Assembly (NCBI GenBank): GCA_034926235.1
Contig: JAYFRE010000128.1
Location: 7,010-71,009, forward strand
DNA: 64,000 bases
Direction: 5' to 3'
From: Rhodospirillaceae bacterium
GTDB lineage: Bacteria > Pseudomonadota > Alphaproteobacteria > Rhodospirillales > Magnetospirillaceae
Position numbers and translations under genes: made by a program. Shown piece after piece: positions 34,952-45,351 of the stretch. The notes under the pieces are model-generated. The model searched no databases, was not told where the DNA came from, and saw only the letters and a program-made list of their open reading frames with translations. Every line of letters begins with the position of its first letter. Within the stretch, counting starts at the first letter, position 1.

Positions 34952-37900
34952 ATGGAGATCCGAGATGCTGAGAAGGGAATAAGCGCCTTCGCCGCTCGCC
35001 GGGTCGCCCTGTTCTATGTGGTGCTGGGATCGGCCTGGGTTCTGATTTCTGATGTTGTGGTTTATCTGCGCGGCGAAATCGGCGACGCGGCCTTTCTGGT
35101 CAGTCTGGTAAAAGGACTGGCTTTCGTCCTGGTGACGACGCTGGCGCTTTATCTCTTCATGGTTCGCTGGAGCCGCCACACCCTGCGGCAAAGCGAGACC
35201 ATCGCCTGGCGTCTCGATCAATTCAGCAAACATACCACCGATCTCGTGCTGCTGCTGGACGAGGAAGGCCGTCTGCTCGACGTGAACAATCGCGCCCTCG
35301 CGGCTTATGGCTATCCCCGGGAAAAGCTTCTGACGATGAGCGTCGGAGAGCTTCGTTGCGATGGGTGCCGTTGGGAAAAGGATTGGGCCGATCTTCATGC
35401 CAAAGGCGAAATCCGGTTCGAAACACGGCACAGACGCGCGGACGGCAGCACGTTTCCGGCTGAAGTCCATTGCTATCGCGTCGTTCTGGACGGGCGCGAG
35501 ATCGCCCACAGCTTCATTCGGGACATCACGGAACGCAAGGAAGCGGAACGCCAGATCACCCGTCTGAAGGATGTCTATGCGGCGTTGAGCCAGACCAATC
35601 AAGCCATCGCCCGCGCTTCGGACCGCACCGCCCTGTTCAAGGAGATTTGCGAGATCGCGGTTGCGTTCGGTCATTTCCGCATGGCCTGGATCGGAACGAT
35701 CGATGACGAAACGCAACTGGTTTCCCCGATTGCCTGGGTCGGCGAGGAGAGTCATCATCTGGAAGAGCTTCGCGTACCTGTCACGCCGGATTCGCCGTTC
35801 AGCATGGGACCGGTCTGGCGCGCGATCACGACGGGAAGCCCCTGCATCATCAATGATTGGGCCGGTTCGGAGGATTTCGCGTCCCTGCCGGGCTGGATAC
35901 TGGACGCGCAACTGCGCTCGTCCGCGGCTTTCCTATTGTACAACAAGGGAAGAATTGCCGGCGTCCTGGCTCTTTATTCGGAGGATGTCGGTTTTTTCAC
36001 GCCCGATCTGGTTCATCTGCTCGAAGAGATGGCCTCCGACATCTCCTACGCCTTGGATCGGCTGGACATCGAAGAAGAAAGCCGGTGTCTGGAACAGCGC
36101 CTAAGAGAGTCGAACGCCAGGATCAACGGCATCATCGAAGCCGTTCATGACACCATCGCCACAATCGATAGCGATTTGCGGTTCATGCTCTGCAACCGCG
36201 CCTACACCGAACGGTTCGAGGAGATGTTCGGAATCGCCGTTTCTCCCGGCACCCCTTTACTGTCCGAAGTGAAAAGAGATAAGGAAAAACAAGAGCATTT
36301 TATCCTTCAGTGGAAACGGGCATTGGATGGGGAGTATTTCTTCGATGAATGGAGTTTCGTCAGGGAAAAGGATGTCATTTATTACGATTCGCATTATGGA
36401 CCTCTGCTGGATTCCAGTGGCCGGAGAATAGGCGCCTTCCATGTCGGGCGTGACATCACGCAGCGCAAGAAGATGGAATTCGAGATGCAGAAGCTCTCGA
36501 TGGTGGTGGAGCAGAGCCCGATATCGATGGTGATTGCCGATCTGGACGGCAATATCCAATATGTGAACGCCGCCTTCACCGAATCGTCGGGCTATACGGC
36601 TGAGGAAGCCATCGGCCAGAATCCCAGGATTCTCGCCACGGGCCATACCTCAAAGGCGGAATACAGCGAATTGTGGACGCGCATCAAAAACGGCCATCCG
36701 TGGCGGGGCGTGTTCTACAATAAAAGGAAGGATGGTTCCTTTTATTGGGAGGATGCGATCATCTTCCCGGTCCGCGATCCGTCCGGCCAGATCACGCAGT
36801 TCATCGGCATCAAGCAAGACGTCACCAAGCAGGTGGAAGCCGAGGAATATGCGGACTTCCTGACGCATCACGACGCCTTGACCCGCCTGCCCAACCGGGT
36901 TCTGGGCCGCGACCGCATGGAACGGGCGATGATGCTCGCCTACCGGCAAAGAGGAAAGGCGGCGCTGCTGCTGGTCGATATCGACCATTTCAAATGGATC
37001 AATGATTCATTCGGCCATTCGGTCGGCGATAGCCTGCTTCAGGCCGTGGCCGGGCGCATTCAAAGCTGTATCCGGGCGGTCGATACATTAAGCCGCCAAG
37101 GCGGGGATGAATTCCTGGTCGTTCTCGCCGGTCTGGACGACCCGGAGATCGTCAATCGCGTGGCGGCGCAAATCCTGGAACGGGTCGGCGAACCCTTTGC
37201 CATCAGCGAGCATGAATTGGTGGTGACGGCGTCCATCGGCATCGCCATTTTTCCCGATGACGGCAGCGATTTCGACACACTGTTCAAACGGGCGGGTAGC
37301 GCCACGCATTACGCCAAGGAATCGGGCCGGAACGCGTTCCGTTTCTTCACCGAACAGATGAATGTCGACGCCAACGAATATACCAGCATCCTTCAGGGGT
37401 TGCGCAACGCGTTGGAACGGGATGAATTCGTCCTTTATTTCCAGCCTCAGATCAATCTTGCCGACCGCCGCGTCCTGGGCGCGGAAGCTCTGATCCGCTG
37501 GAACCACCCGAAAGAGGGGCTGATGCCGCCGGGCCGGTTCATCCCGGTGGCGGAAAAAAGCGGCATGATCGTCAAGATCGGCGAATGGGTTCTGCGCGAA
37601 GCGTGCCGCCAGGCGGTGGCGTGGGATTCCGACGCCGGGGTGGCGGTCAATCTGTCGTCGCTGCAATTCGCGCGCGGCGATTTGCTGCAAAGCGTCGAAC
37701 AGGCTCTGTCCGCTTCCGGACTGGACCCGTCCCGGCTGGAATTGGAACTGACCGAGTCCATTCTGATCCGCGAGACCGAGAGCGTGCTTTCGACCGTCCG
37801 GCAGTTGAAAACCCTCGGCGTCAAGCTGTCCATCGACGATTTCGGCACCGGCTATTCGAGTCTGGCCTATCTGCGGCGTTTCGATCTGGACAAGCTCAAG

Positions 37901-38152
37901 ATCGATCAGTCCTTTGTCCGCAACATCACCGCCAATCATGACGACGACGCCATCGTCGGGGCGATCGTGCAGATGGCGCGCGGCCTAGGTCTTCGGACCA
38001 TCGCCGAGGGGGTCGAGGACGAAACCACCCTGGAAGCGATCCGCCAGCATGGCTGCGACGAAGCCCAGGGCTATTATTTCGCCCGGCCCATGCCCGGTCC
38101 GGATTTCGTCCGCTATCTGGCGGAACGACGCCAGGGCGTCTCGGGGGAATGA
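34952..38152 (+). CDS. Multi-sensor signalling protein: 2 TM, PAS, GAF, PAS, PAS, GGDEF, EAL
   Basis: 1066 aa. The GGDEF site is intact (SRQGGDEFLVV) with RAVD five residues upstream (RxxD I-site). The EAL domain is intact (GAEALIRWNHP, DDFGTGYSSL, KIDQSFV, AEGVE). Several PAS cores are present (e.g. HRRADGSTFPAE, KRKDGSFYWEDA). Confidence 0.9.
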   Translation: MEIRDAEKGISAFAARRVALFYVVLGSAWVLISDVVVYLRGEIGDAAFLVSLVKGLAFVLVTTLALYLFMVRWSRHTLRQSETIAWRLDQFSKHTTDLVLLLDEEGRLLDVNNRALAAYGYPREKLLTMSVGELRCDGCRWEKDWADLHAKGEIRFETRHRRADGSTFPAEVHCYRVVLDGREIAHSFIRDITERKEAERQITRLKDVYAALSQTNQAIARASDRTALFKEICEIAVAFGHFRMAWIGTIDDETQLVSPIAWVGEESHHLEELRVPVTPDSPFSMGPVWRAITTGSPCIINDWAGSEDFASLPGWILDAQLRSSAAFLLYNKGRIAGVLALYSEDVGFFTPDLVHLLEEMASDISYALDRLDIEEESRCLEQRLRESNARINGIIEAVHDTIATIDSDLRFMLCNRAYTERFEEMFGIAVSPGTPLLSEVKRDKEKQEHFILQWKRALDGEYFFDEWSFVREKDVIYYDSHYGPLLDSSGRRIGAFHVGRDITQRKKMEFEMQKLSMVVEQSPISMVIADLDGNIQYVNAAFTESSGYTAEEAIGQNPRILATGHTSKAEYSELWTRIKNGHPWRGVFYNKRKDGSFYWEDAIIFPVRDPSGQITQFIGIKQDVTKQVEAEEYADFLTHHDALTRLPNRVLGRDRMERAMMLAYRQRGKAALLLVDIDHFKWINDSFGHSVGDSLLQAVAGRIQSCIRAVDTLSRQGGDEFLVVLAGLDDPEIVNRVAAQILERVGEPFAISEHELVVTASIGIAIFPDDGSDFDTLFKRAGSATHYAKESGRNAFRFFTEQMNVDANEYTSILQGLRNALERDEFVLYFQPQINLADRRVLGAEALIRWNHPKEGLMPPGRFIPVAEKSGMIVKIGEWVLREACRQAVAWDSDAGVAVNLSSLQFARGDLLQSVEQALSASGLDPSRLELELTESILIRETESVLSTVRQLKTLGVKLSIDDFGTGYSSLAYLRRFDLDKLKIDQSFVRNITANHDDDAIVGAIVQMARGLGLRTIAEGVEDETTLEAIRQHGCDEAQGYYFARPMPGPDFVRYLAERRQGVSGE

Positions 38153-39093
38153 GAACTATCCGCCCCACTATTTTTCTGCGGCAACGAGGGGCGATGCTCG
38201 TCCGGGCGCTGCGCGAGATAATCGAGGAATGTGCGTAACGGCGTGGCCATGTGCCGGCGGCTCGGATAGTAGACATAAAAACCGGGAAAGGCCGGTGTCC
38301 ATTCCGGCAATAACTGCACCAACCGCCCATCCGCCAGGAATGGATCGACTTGGTGAGCGAATTGATAGGCAATTCCTACGCCATCAAGTGCGATGCGCGT
38401 CAGCATCGCAGGTTCATCGACGATCACCGGCCCTTCGACGGTGATGTCCAGCCGTTGTGCGCCGTGCTGAAATTCCCAGCGATAGACACTGCCGTCGCTG
38501 GGACGGCGATAGGTCAGACAGGGGTGGCGCGCCAGGTCGCGCGGATGTTCGGGTATGCCGGCCCGCGCCAAATAGTCGGGCGCGGCGACGACTTTCATTT
38601 CCAGATCACCGCTCAACCGCACGGCAATCATGTCGTGATACAGCTTTTCACCTAAGCGTATGCCCGCATCGAAGCGTTCGGCGACGATGTCGATCAATTG
38701 GTCGTTGGTGACGACGTCAATGGTGATGTCGGGGTAGGCGCGAATGAAGCCGCCCAGCATTGGAGCTAAATAATGAATAGCCGCCACCCGCGCGACGTTC
38801 AGCCTTAGCAGCCCCGATGGACGGTCTGCCGCCTGCTGCGCATCGGTGACGGCTTCTTCCAGTTGCGTCAGTGCCGGACCAAGGCGCCGCATCATCCGCT
38901 GGCCGGCTTCGCTTGGCGCCACGCTGCGTGTCGTGCGGTGAAGGAGACGCACCCCCAGGCGTTCTTCGAGCTTGCGGATAGTCAGACTGAGAGTCGATGG
39001 CGTCACGCCGAGATGCGCCGCCGCTTTGGCAAAGCTGCCATGTTCGACGACTTGAGCGAACGCCCGAAGTTCGGCATATTCAGCGCCACGCAT
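38113..39093 (-). CDS. LysR family transcriptional regulator
   Basis: HTH region MRGAEYAELRAFAQVVEHGSFAKAAAHLGVTPSTLSLTIRKLEE and a LysR effector domain. Its 3' end overlaps the GGDEF-EAL gene by 40 nt (convergent). Confidence 0.85.
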   Translation of the reverse strand: MRGAEYAELRAFAQVVEHGSFAKAAAHLGVTPSTLSLTIRKLEERLGVRLLHRTTRSVAPSEAGQRMMRRLGPALTQLEEAVTDAQQAADRPSGLLRLNVARVAAIHYLAPMLGGFIRAYPDITIDVVTNDQLIDIVAERFDAGIRLGEKLYHDMIAVRLSGDLEMKVVAAPDYLARAGIPEHPRDLARHPCLTYRRPSDGSVYRWEFQHGAQRLDITVEGPVIVDEPAMLTRIALDGVGIAYQFAHQVDPFLADGRLVQLLPEWTPAFPGFYVYYPSRRHMATPLRTFLDYLAQRPDEHRPSLPQKNSGADSSHSPETPWRRSAR

Positions 39094-39200
39094 TCTATCG
39101 ACTTTACAAAATAGATTTATTGATAATCATTATATTATCAAACAATGCCGCGAACAGCACAATGCTTGGCTTCACCTCTTTTTCGTTGTTGGAGCAAAGC

Positions 39201-39941
39201 ATGGGACGATTCGATGGAAAACGGATTTTGGTAACAGGCGCAACCAGCGGCATCGGACTGGCCGGCGTCCGGCGTATTCTACAAGAAGGTGGCGAGGTTC
39301 TTGGTACGGGGCGGGATATCCGGAAGGTGGCCCAAGAGAACCCCGCGTTATTGGATGATGTGCTCTGGATTCAGAACGACGCCGCAGATCCTGCCGCAGC
39401 CCATGCCTTGTCCCGCCGGGTTCGTGAGGGCGCTCGACTTGATGGGCTGTGGCTTAATGCGGGCCATGCCGTCATCGGTGATATCCGCCAGATTGACGCT
39501 GATGCTTTCGACGCGATCATGGCCACGAATGTACGGGGACCCGTGCTGCAATTGGCATGTCTTACGGATTTCTTGAACGATGGGGCTTCGGTCGTGGTTA
39601 CCGCATCGACTTCTGTCTATGAGGGAGCGGTCATGGCGAGCCTTTATGCGGCGACCAAAGGCGCGTTGATGTCGCTGGTGCGCTGCTGGGCGTCGGCGCT
39701 CGGAAACCGGGGCATTCGGGTCAACGCGCTCGTGCCGGGGCCGATTGACACGCCTTTCCGCAATTTCATGCCCAATGAATTTCGCAGTCGCTTTGAATCG
39801 AGCGTGGTAAGCCGACTGGCGTTATCCAGGATTGGAACCGCGAGCGAGGCCTCCAATGTTGCTCTTTTCCTGTTGTCGGATGAGGCCTCCTTTGTGACAG
39901 GGAGCCATTATTTTGTGGATGGCGGGCTCGTCAAACGTTGA
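39201..39941 (+). CDS. Short-chain dehydrogenase/reductase (SDR) family oxidoreductase
   Basis: 246 aa from the ATG at 39201. Motifs VTGATSGIG, NAG and YAATKGAL (YxxxK). It is divergent from the LysR gene. Confidence 0.85.
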   Translation: MGRFDGKRILVTGATSGIGLAGVRRILQEGGEVLGTGRDIRKVAQENPALLDDVLWIQNDAADPAAAHALSRRVREGARLDGLWLNAGHAVIGDIRQIDADAFDAIMATNVRGPVLQLACLTDFLNDGASVVVTASTSVYEGAVMASLYAATKGALMSLVRCWASALGNRGIRVNALVPGPIDTPFRNFMPNEFRSRFESSVVSRLALSRIGTASEASNVALFLLSDEASFVTGSHYFVDGGLVKR

Positions 39942-39974
39942 TGGGGCAATGCGCTGCGGGGGTATAGGAGAATG

Positions 39975-40011
39975 AAAAAAACGGGCGTCCTGACCGGGAC
40001 GCCCGTTTTTT
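39975..40011. terminator. Bidirectional rho-independent terminator
   Basis: A7 tract, stem ACGGGCGTCC (39981-39990), loop TGACCG, GGACGCCCGT (39997-40006), then T6. It lies between the convergent SDR and aapP genes. Confidence 0.7.
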
Positions 40012-40036
40012 CGCCGGTTACGTCACAAAGTGGCGT

Positions 40037-40777
40037 TCAATGGCGGATGATCTGGCTTAGGAATTGGCGGGTGCGTTCTTCTTGGGGGTTGTCGAACAGG
40101 TCGGCGGGCGGTCCCATTTCGACGATCTGGCCGGCATCCATGAAGGCGATCTTGTCGGCGACGGTCCGGGCGAAGCCCATCTCGTGCGTGACGCAAACCA
40201 TGGTCATGCCGTCATCGGCCAGTTCGATCATCACATCCAGCACTTCCTTGATCATCTCAGGGTCCAGGGCCGATGTCGGTTCGTCGAACAGCATGATCGA
40301 CGGGCGCATGCACAGGCTGCGCGCGATGGCGACGCGCTGTTGCTGACCGCCCGACAATTGACCCGGATATTTATGGGCGTGGTCGGCGATCTGGACCCGC
40401 TCCAACAGACGCATCGCCGTCTCGGCGGCTTCGCGCTTGGGCGTGTGCTTGACCCACAAAGGGGCCAAGGTCAGGTTTTCCAGCACCGTCAGATGCGGGA
40501 ACAGGTTGAATTGCTGGAATACCATGCCGACCTCGCGGCGTACCGCCTCGACCGACTTGACGTCGTTGGTGACCTCGACGCCGTTAACGGTGATCGTGCC
40601 CGCCTGATGTTCTTCCAGCCGGTTGATGCAGCGGATCATGGTCGATTTTCCAGATCCCGAAGGTCCGGCCACGACCACGCGCTCGCCCTTGGCGACATCC
40701 AGCGATACACCGTTCAGCACCTGGAAGTTTCCATACCATTTGCTGACGTCTTTCAGGGAAATGATGCTTTCATCCAT
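40037..40777 (-). CDS. aapP: General L-amino acid ABC transporter ATP-binding protein
   Basis: Walker [40 protein letters not shown] and [13 protein letters not shown]. It is the last gene of the aapJQMP-ordered cluster. Confidence 0.85.
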   Translation of the reverse strand: MDESIISLKDVSKWYGNFQVLNGVSLDVAKGERVVVAGPSGSGKSTMIRCINRLEEHQAGTITVNGVEVTNDVKSVEAVRREVGMVFQQFNLFPHLTVLENLTLAPLWVKHTPKREAAETAMRLLERVQIADHAHKYPGQLSGGQQQRVAIARSLCMRPSIMLFDEPTSALDPEMIKEVLDVMIELADDGMTMVCVTHEMGFARTVADKIAFMDAGQIVEMGPPADLFDNPQEERTRQFLSQIIRH

Positions 40778-40792
40778 GGGTCAAGGTCCCGA

Positions 40793-41863
40793 TCATGTCC
40801 GGCGTCTGCCGATATTGAGGCGTCGCTCCAAGAACAGGCTGTAGCGCGACATGAAGAAGGTGAAGACGAAATAGATCGCCGCCGCGACCAGGAAACCCTC
40901 GATGAAGAAGGGCCGCCATTGCGGATCGGCCAAGGCCACCTTGGTGCTGCTCAACAGATCGTAAAGACCGATGATGATGACCAGCGAGGTGTCCTTGAAG
41001 GTGGTGATGAACTGTCCGACCAAAGGCGGGATCACCAGTCTCAAGGCCTGGGGCAGGATCACCAGCCGGGCCTTCTGCCAATAGGACAGGCCCAGGGCGT
41101 CGGCGGCCTCGAACTGGCCGCGGGGCACGGCCTGTAGCCCGCCGCGCACGATTTCGGCCATGTAGGCGGCGGTGAACAGGATGATGCCGACCTGCGCGCG
41201 CAGAAGCTTATCGACCGTGATGCCTTCGGGCAGGAACAGCGGGAACATGATCGACGCCATGAACAAGACGCTGACCAGCGGCACGCCGCGCCAGACTTCG
41301 ATATAGATCACGCACCAGGCGCGGACGGCGGGCAGGCGGGAACGCCGTCCAAGCGCCAGCAATACGCCGAGCGGGAAGGAAAAAGCGATGCCGGTGACCG
41401 ACAGGATCAGCGTCAGCGGCAACCCGCCCCAGCGGTCGTTGGGAACATAGGGCAGGCCGAACATGCCGCCGCGCATCAGGAGGGCCAGCACGGCAACGCC
41501 CAGAATCCACATTATCCCCAGCCACCGCCGCCAGTAATTGGGGTTGGCGCTGATGAGCAGCATGACGATGAACAGGGCGATCGCCAGGGTGGGACGCCAT
41601 TGTTCGTCGTAAGGGTAGATACCGAACAGGATCAGCCGGTATTTTTCGGTAACGAACCCCCAGCAGGCCCCGCCTGCTTCGCGGCAGACGGCGGGATCGG
41701 TCGAAAAAGAGGAATTGATCGTCAGCCAGGACAGCAGCGGCGGGGCCACCATGGCCAAAAACGCCAGGCACAGCAGGCTCAAGACGGTGCTCAAGGGGCC
41801 GTTGAACAGATTGCCGCGCGCCCAGCCGACCGGATCGGCGATAAAGTTTTTCCGAGCTTCCAC
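40793..41863 (-). CDS. aapM: General L-amino acid ABC transporter permease
   Basis: 356-aa His/Glu/Gln/Arg-type permease with the long N-terminal extension typical of AapM, and an EAA loop (AADALGLSYWQKARLVILPQAL). Confidence 0.8.
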   Translation of the reverse strand: MEARKNFIADPVGWARGNLFNGPLSTVLSLLCLAFLAMVAPPLLSWLTINSSFSTDPAVCREAGGACWGFVTEKYRLILFGIYPYDEQWRPTLAIALFIVMLLISANPNYWRRWLGIMWILGVAVLALLMRGGMFGLPYVPNDRWGGLPLTLILSVTGIAFSFPLGVLLALGRRSRLPAVRAWCVIYIEVWRGVPLVSVLFMASIMFPLFLPEGITVDKLLRAQVGIILFTAAYMAEIVRGGLQAVPRGQFEAADALGLSYWQKARLVILPQALRLVIPPLVGQFITTFKDTSLVIIIGLYDLLSSTKVALADPQWRPFFIEGFLVAAAIYFVFTFFMSRYSLFLERRLNIGRRRT

Positions 41864-41864
41864 G

Positions 41865-43034
41865 TCAGCGCCCCCCGATCAGGGCCACGCGGGCGTTGAA
41901 CCAGTTCATCAACACCGACAGGACCAAACTGATGGTCAGATAGACCGCCATGATGATGGCGACACATTCGACCGCCTGGCCGGTCTGGTTGATTGCCGTA
42001 TTGCCGATGCTGACCAGATCGGGGTACCCGATCGCCACCGCCAGGGTCGAGTTCTTGGTCAGGTTGAGATACTGGCTGGTCAGCGGCGGCACCGCGACCC
42101 GCAGGGATTGCGGCAGCACCACCAATCTTAGGATCTGGGTGCGGTTCAGCCCCAGCGCCAGCGCTGCTTCGGTCTGGCCGTGCGGTACGGCGAGGATGCC
42201 GCCGCGCACGATTTCGGCGACGAAAGCCCCGGTATAAAGCGTCAGGCCCAGCAACAGGGCGGCGAATTCGGGGCTCAAAGTCGCTCCGCCCTGGAAATTG
42301 AACCCGGTCAGGCGCGGAACCTCGAAGGTGAGGTCCGACCCTCCGGCCAGGAAAGCCAGCAGCGGCAATCCGACGATCAACGCCATTCCGACGGCGAAGG
42401 ACGGAAAAGTCTGACCGGTGGCCTCATGGCGTTTTTGCGCCCATCGCGCCAGAACGACCGCCGCCAGCAGCCCGGCGGCCAAGGCTCCGGCCACCAGGAT
42501 CATCGATTCATTCCAGACCGGATACGGAATCTTTAAGCCCCGGTTGGACAGGAACACGACATCCATGAAGTTCAAAGCCTGACGCGCGGTCGGCAGACCT
42601 TCGGTGATGAGGGCGTACCAGACAAAAAGCTGCAACAGCAGCGGGACGTTGCGCATCACTTCGACATAGACCCCGGCCAGCCGGCTGACGAGCCAGTTGC
42701 GCGACAGCCGGGCGATGCCGATGACCACGCCGAGCAGGGTACACAAAAGGATGCCCAGGATCGAAACCTTGAGCGTGTTCAGGATGCCGACGGCGAAGGC
42801 CCTGAGATAGGAATCCGTCGCCGCATAGCGGACCATCGTTTCGCTGATGCCGAAGGCGGCCTCACGCTCCAGGAATCCGAAGCCCGTCGCGATATGACGG
42901 GCTTCGAGATTCCGAAGCGTGTTGGAGACGAGAAACCATCCCAAAGCAACGACGAAGGCCAGCAAGGCCATCTGGTAGAAAATGCCGCGGATACGTTCGT
43001 CGTTCCACCAGCGACGAGCGCGTGTCTTAGCCAT
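41865..43034 (-). CDS. aapQ: General L-amino acid ABC transporter permease
   Basis: 389-aa permease. N-terminus MAKTRARRWWNDERIRGIFYQ and an EAA loop (AALALGLNRTQILRLVVLPQSL). Its position is as in aapJQMP. Confidence 0.8.
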   Translation of the reverse strand: MAKTRARRWWNDERIRGIFYQMALLAFVVALGWFLVSNTLRNLEARHIATGFGFLEREAAFGISETMVRYAATDSYLRAFAVGILNTLKVSILGILLCTLLGVVIGIARLSRNWLVSRLAGVYVEVMRNVPLLLQLFVWYALITEGLPTARQALNFMDVVFLSNRGLKIPYPVWNESMILVAGALAAGLLAAVVLARWAQKRHEATGQTFPSFAVGMALIVGLPLLAFLAGGSDLTFEVPRLTGFNFQGGATLSPEFAALLLGLTLYTGAFVAEIVRGGILAVPHGQTEAALALGLNRTQILRLVVLPQSLRVAVPPLTSQYLNLTKNSTLAVAIGYPDLVSIGNTAINQTGQAVECVAIIMAVYLTISLVLSVLMNWFNARVALIGGR

Positions 43035-43047
43035 CGTTCTTCCGGCT

Positions 43048-44070
43048 TCAGCGAATCGGCATGGCGTACATCAGCCCGCCCTGGGTCCATTGGGCGTTCT
43101 GCCCGCGCTCGAGCTTCAGCTTGGAGCCCATGCCGACATTACGCTCGTAGGATTCGCCGTAATTGCCGACCTGCTTGATGATGTTGTAGGCCCATTTGTC
43201 GTCCAGCCCCAGGCTCTTGCCCATGCCCGGGGTGACGCCCAGCAGGCGCTGCACGTTCGGGTCCGAGCTTTTGGTCATCTGGTCGAGATTGGTCGAGTTG
43301 ACGCCCAGCTCTTCGGCCGCCAGCATGGCGTAGAAGGACCATTTGACGACGTTGAACCATTGGTCGTCGCCCTGGCGCACGGCGGCGGCCAGCGGTTCCT
43401 TCGAGATGCGCTCGGGCAGGATTTCGTAATCGGCCGGGTTGGGGGTTTGATTGGCGCGGATCGCGGCCAACTGGGAACCGTCCGAGGTGAAGGCGTCGCA
43501 GCGACCGGAAACAAAGGCGCTGGCGGCGGATTCAAAGCTTTCGATGGTGACGGGCTTCAACTCGATCTTGTTGGTCCGGGCATAGTCGGCCAGGTTCAAC
43601 TCGGTCGTGGTGCCGGTCTGCACGCAAACAGTGGCGCCGTTCAGCTCCTTGGCGCTTTTCACGCCCAGCTTCTTGGCTACCAGGAAGCCCTGGCCGTCAT
43701 AGAAAGTGACCGCCGTGAACAAAAGACCGTTGGCGGCCTCGCGGGTCAGGGTCCAGGTGGTGTTGCGCGACAAAACGTCCACTTCGCCCGACTGGATGGC
43801 GGGCAGGCGCTGCTGGGTCGACAGCGGTACGAATCGGACTTTGGTCGAATCGCCGAACATCGCGGCGGCGACGGCGCGGCAGACATCGACGTCCAGTCCG
43901 CTCCAATTGCCCTTTTCATCGGGGGCGCCGAAGCCGCCCAGGCCGGTGTGGGCGCCGCAGACCAACTGGCCTCGGCTCTTTACCGTATCGAAGGTCTGTC
44001 CGGCATTGGCGACGCCAGTGGTGGCGGCAAGGCAGGCGCTTAAGGCGACAAGACGGCTTAATAGCTTCAT
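43048..44070 (-). CDS. aapJ: General L-amino acid ABC transporter substrate-binding protein
   Basis: 340 aa with a signal peptide ending VANA. TVKSRGQLVCGAHTGLGGFGAPDEKGNWSGLDVDVCRAVAAAMFGD matches the AapJ/BztA type as I recall it. Confidence 0.85.
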   Translation of the reverse strand: MKLLSRLVALSACLAATTGVANAGQTFDTVKSRGQLVCGAHTGLGGFGAPDEKGNWSGLDVDVCRAVAAAMFGDSTKVRFVPLSTQQRLPAIQSGEVDVLSRNTTWTLTREAANGLLFTAVTFYDGQGFLVAKKLGVKSAKELNGATVCVQTGTTTELNLADYARTNKIELKPVTIESFESAASAFVSGRCDAFTSDGSQLAAIRANQTPNPADYEILPERISKEPLAAAVRQGDDQWFNVVKWSFYAMLAAEELGVNSTNLDQMTKSSDPNVQRLLGVTPGMGKSLGLDDKWAYNIIKQVGNYGESYERNVGMGSKLKLERGQNAQWTQGGLMYAMPIR

Positions 44071-44232
44071 GGCTATTGCTTCCCCTTCAAGGCAAATAGA
44101 CGCACGGCCCGGGCGTCACGGTGATAATGACGAGCTTTCGCTACAGGAACGAAAGCCGTCCGGCAAGAAGGTTCTTGCCGGGCTAACAATGTACAATCGA
44201 CAAGAATGCCGTTTTTTCTGGGTTTACGTCAC

Positions 44233-45351
44233 TCAATTTTTCTCCGGCATATTGCCCGGCATGGCGTCCTCGACGGACCAGAGCGGCGGGGCCGCCCGTT
44301 GATATTGCGGAGCATAGCCGAAAGGCGCGTCCAGCGCCTGCGCCGCGCGCCAGACCCAGCGCGGATCGTTCAGAAAGGCGCGGCCCAGCGCCACCATGTC
44401 GGCTTGATCATGGGCCAGGACCGCCTCGGCCTGGCGGGGACTGGCGATCAGCCCCACCGCCCTGGTCGGCACGCCGGTGTCGCGGCGGACGCGTTCGGCC
44501 AGCGGCAGTTGATAGCCGGGGCCGATGGGGATTTTCGCGTTGGGCGCCAGCCCGCCCGAGGAGACGCAGACATAATCGATGCCTTCATTGCGACATTTGG
44601 CGACGAAAACCAGGGCTTCGTCCAGGGTGAAGCCGCCCTCGATCCAGTCGGTGGCCGAGATGCGCACGCCGAGCGGCATGTCGCTGGGCAGAACGCTGCG
44701 TACTTCGGCGACGACGGCCAGGGGGAAACGCATGCGGTTGACCAGGCTGCCGCCATAGGAATCCGTGCGCTGGTTGGACAAGGGCGACAGGAACTGATGC
44801 AGAAGATAGCCATGGGCGATGTGCAGTTCGACCGCATCGATTCCGGCGCGCACCGCCCGCACCGCGGCCTGGACGAAGGATTGGCACAGCCGGTCCAGAT
44901 CCTGCGGGTCGGCTTCGGCGGGGGTGGGCCAATCGGGGGCGAAGGGCAGGGGCGAGGGGCCCAGGCGGTTCCAGCCGCCTTCGTCCGGGGACAAGGGCTT
45001 GCCGCCTTCCCATGGGCGGGCGACGCCGGCCTTGCGCCCGGCATGGCCGAGCTGCACGGCGATCCGCGACGGGCCCAGATCCTTGACCCCGCGCACCAGC
45101 CAGGTGAATCCGGCCTCGGTTTCGTCGGAATAAAGCCCGAGATCATAGGGCGATATCCGCCCCTCGGGCGAGACGGCGGTGGCTTCGATCATCACCATGC
45201 CGGGACCGGAGGCGGCCAGGGCGCCGTAATGCTGAAAATGCCAATTCTGGGCCACGCCGTCCCGGGCGCTGTACTGGCACATGGGAGCGACCGCGATCCG
45301 GTTCGCCAAGGTCAGGCCGCGCAGGGCCAAAGGATGGAAAAGAAGCGCCAT
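44233..45351 (-). CDS. NADH:flavin oxidoreductase (Old Yellow Enzyme family)
   Basis: MALLFHPLALRGLTLANRIAVAPMCQYSA..., AGIDAVELHIAHGYLLHQFLSPLSNQRTDSYGGSL are OYE signatures. Confidence 0.85.
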   Translation of the reverse strand: MALLFHPLALRGLTLANRIAVAPMCQYSARDGVAQNWHFQHYGALAASGPGMVMIEATAVSPEGRISPYDLGLYSDETEAGFTWLVRGVKDLGPSRIAVQLGHAGRKAGVARPWEGGKPLSPDEGGWNRLGPSPLPFAPDWPTPAEADPQDLDRLCQSFVQAAVRAVRAGIDAVELHIAHGYLLHQFLSPLSNQRTDSYGGSLVNRMRFPLAVVAEVRSVLPSDMPLGVRISATDWIEGGFTLDEALVFVAKCRNEGIDYVCVSSGGLAPNAKIPIGPGYQLPLAERVRRDTGVPTRAVGLIASPRQAEAVLAHDQADMVALGRAFLNDPRWVWRAAQALDAPFGYAPQYQRAAPPLWSVEDAMPGNMPEKN

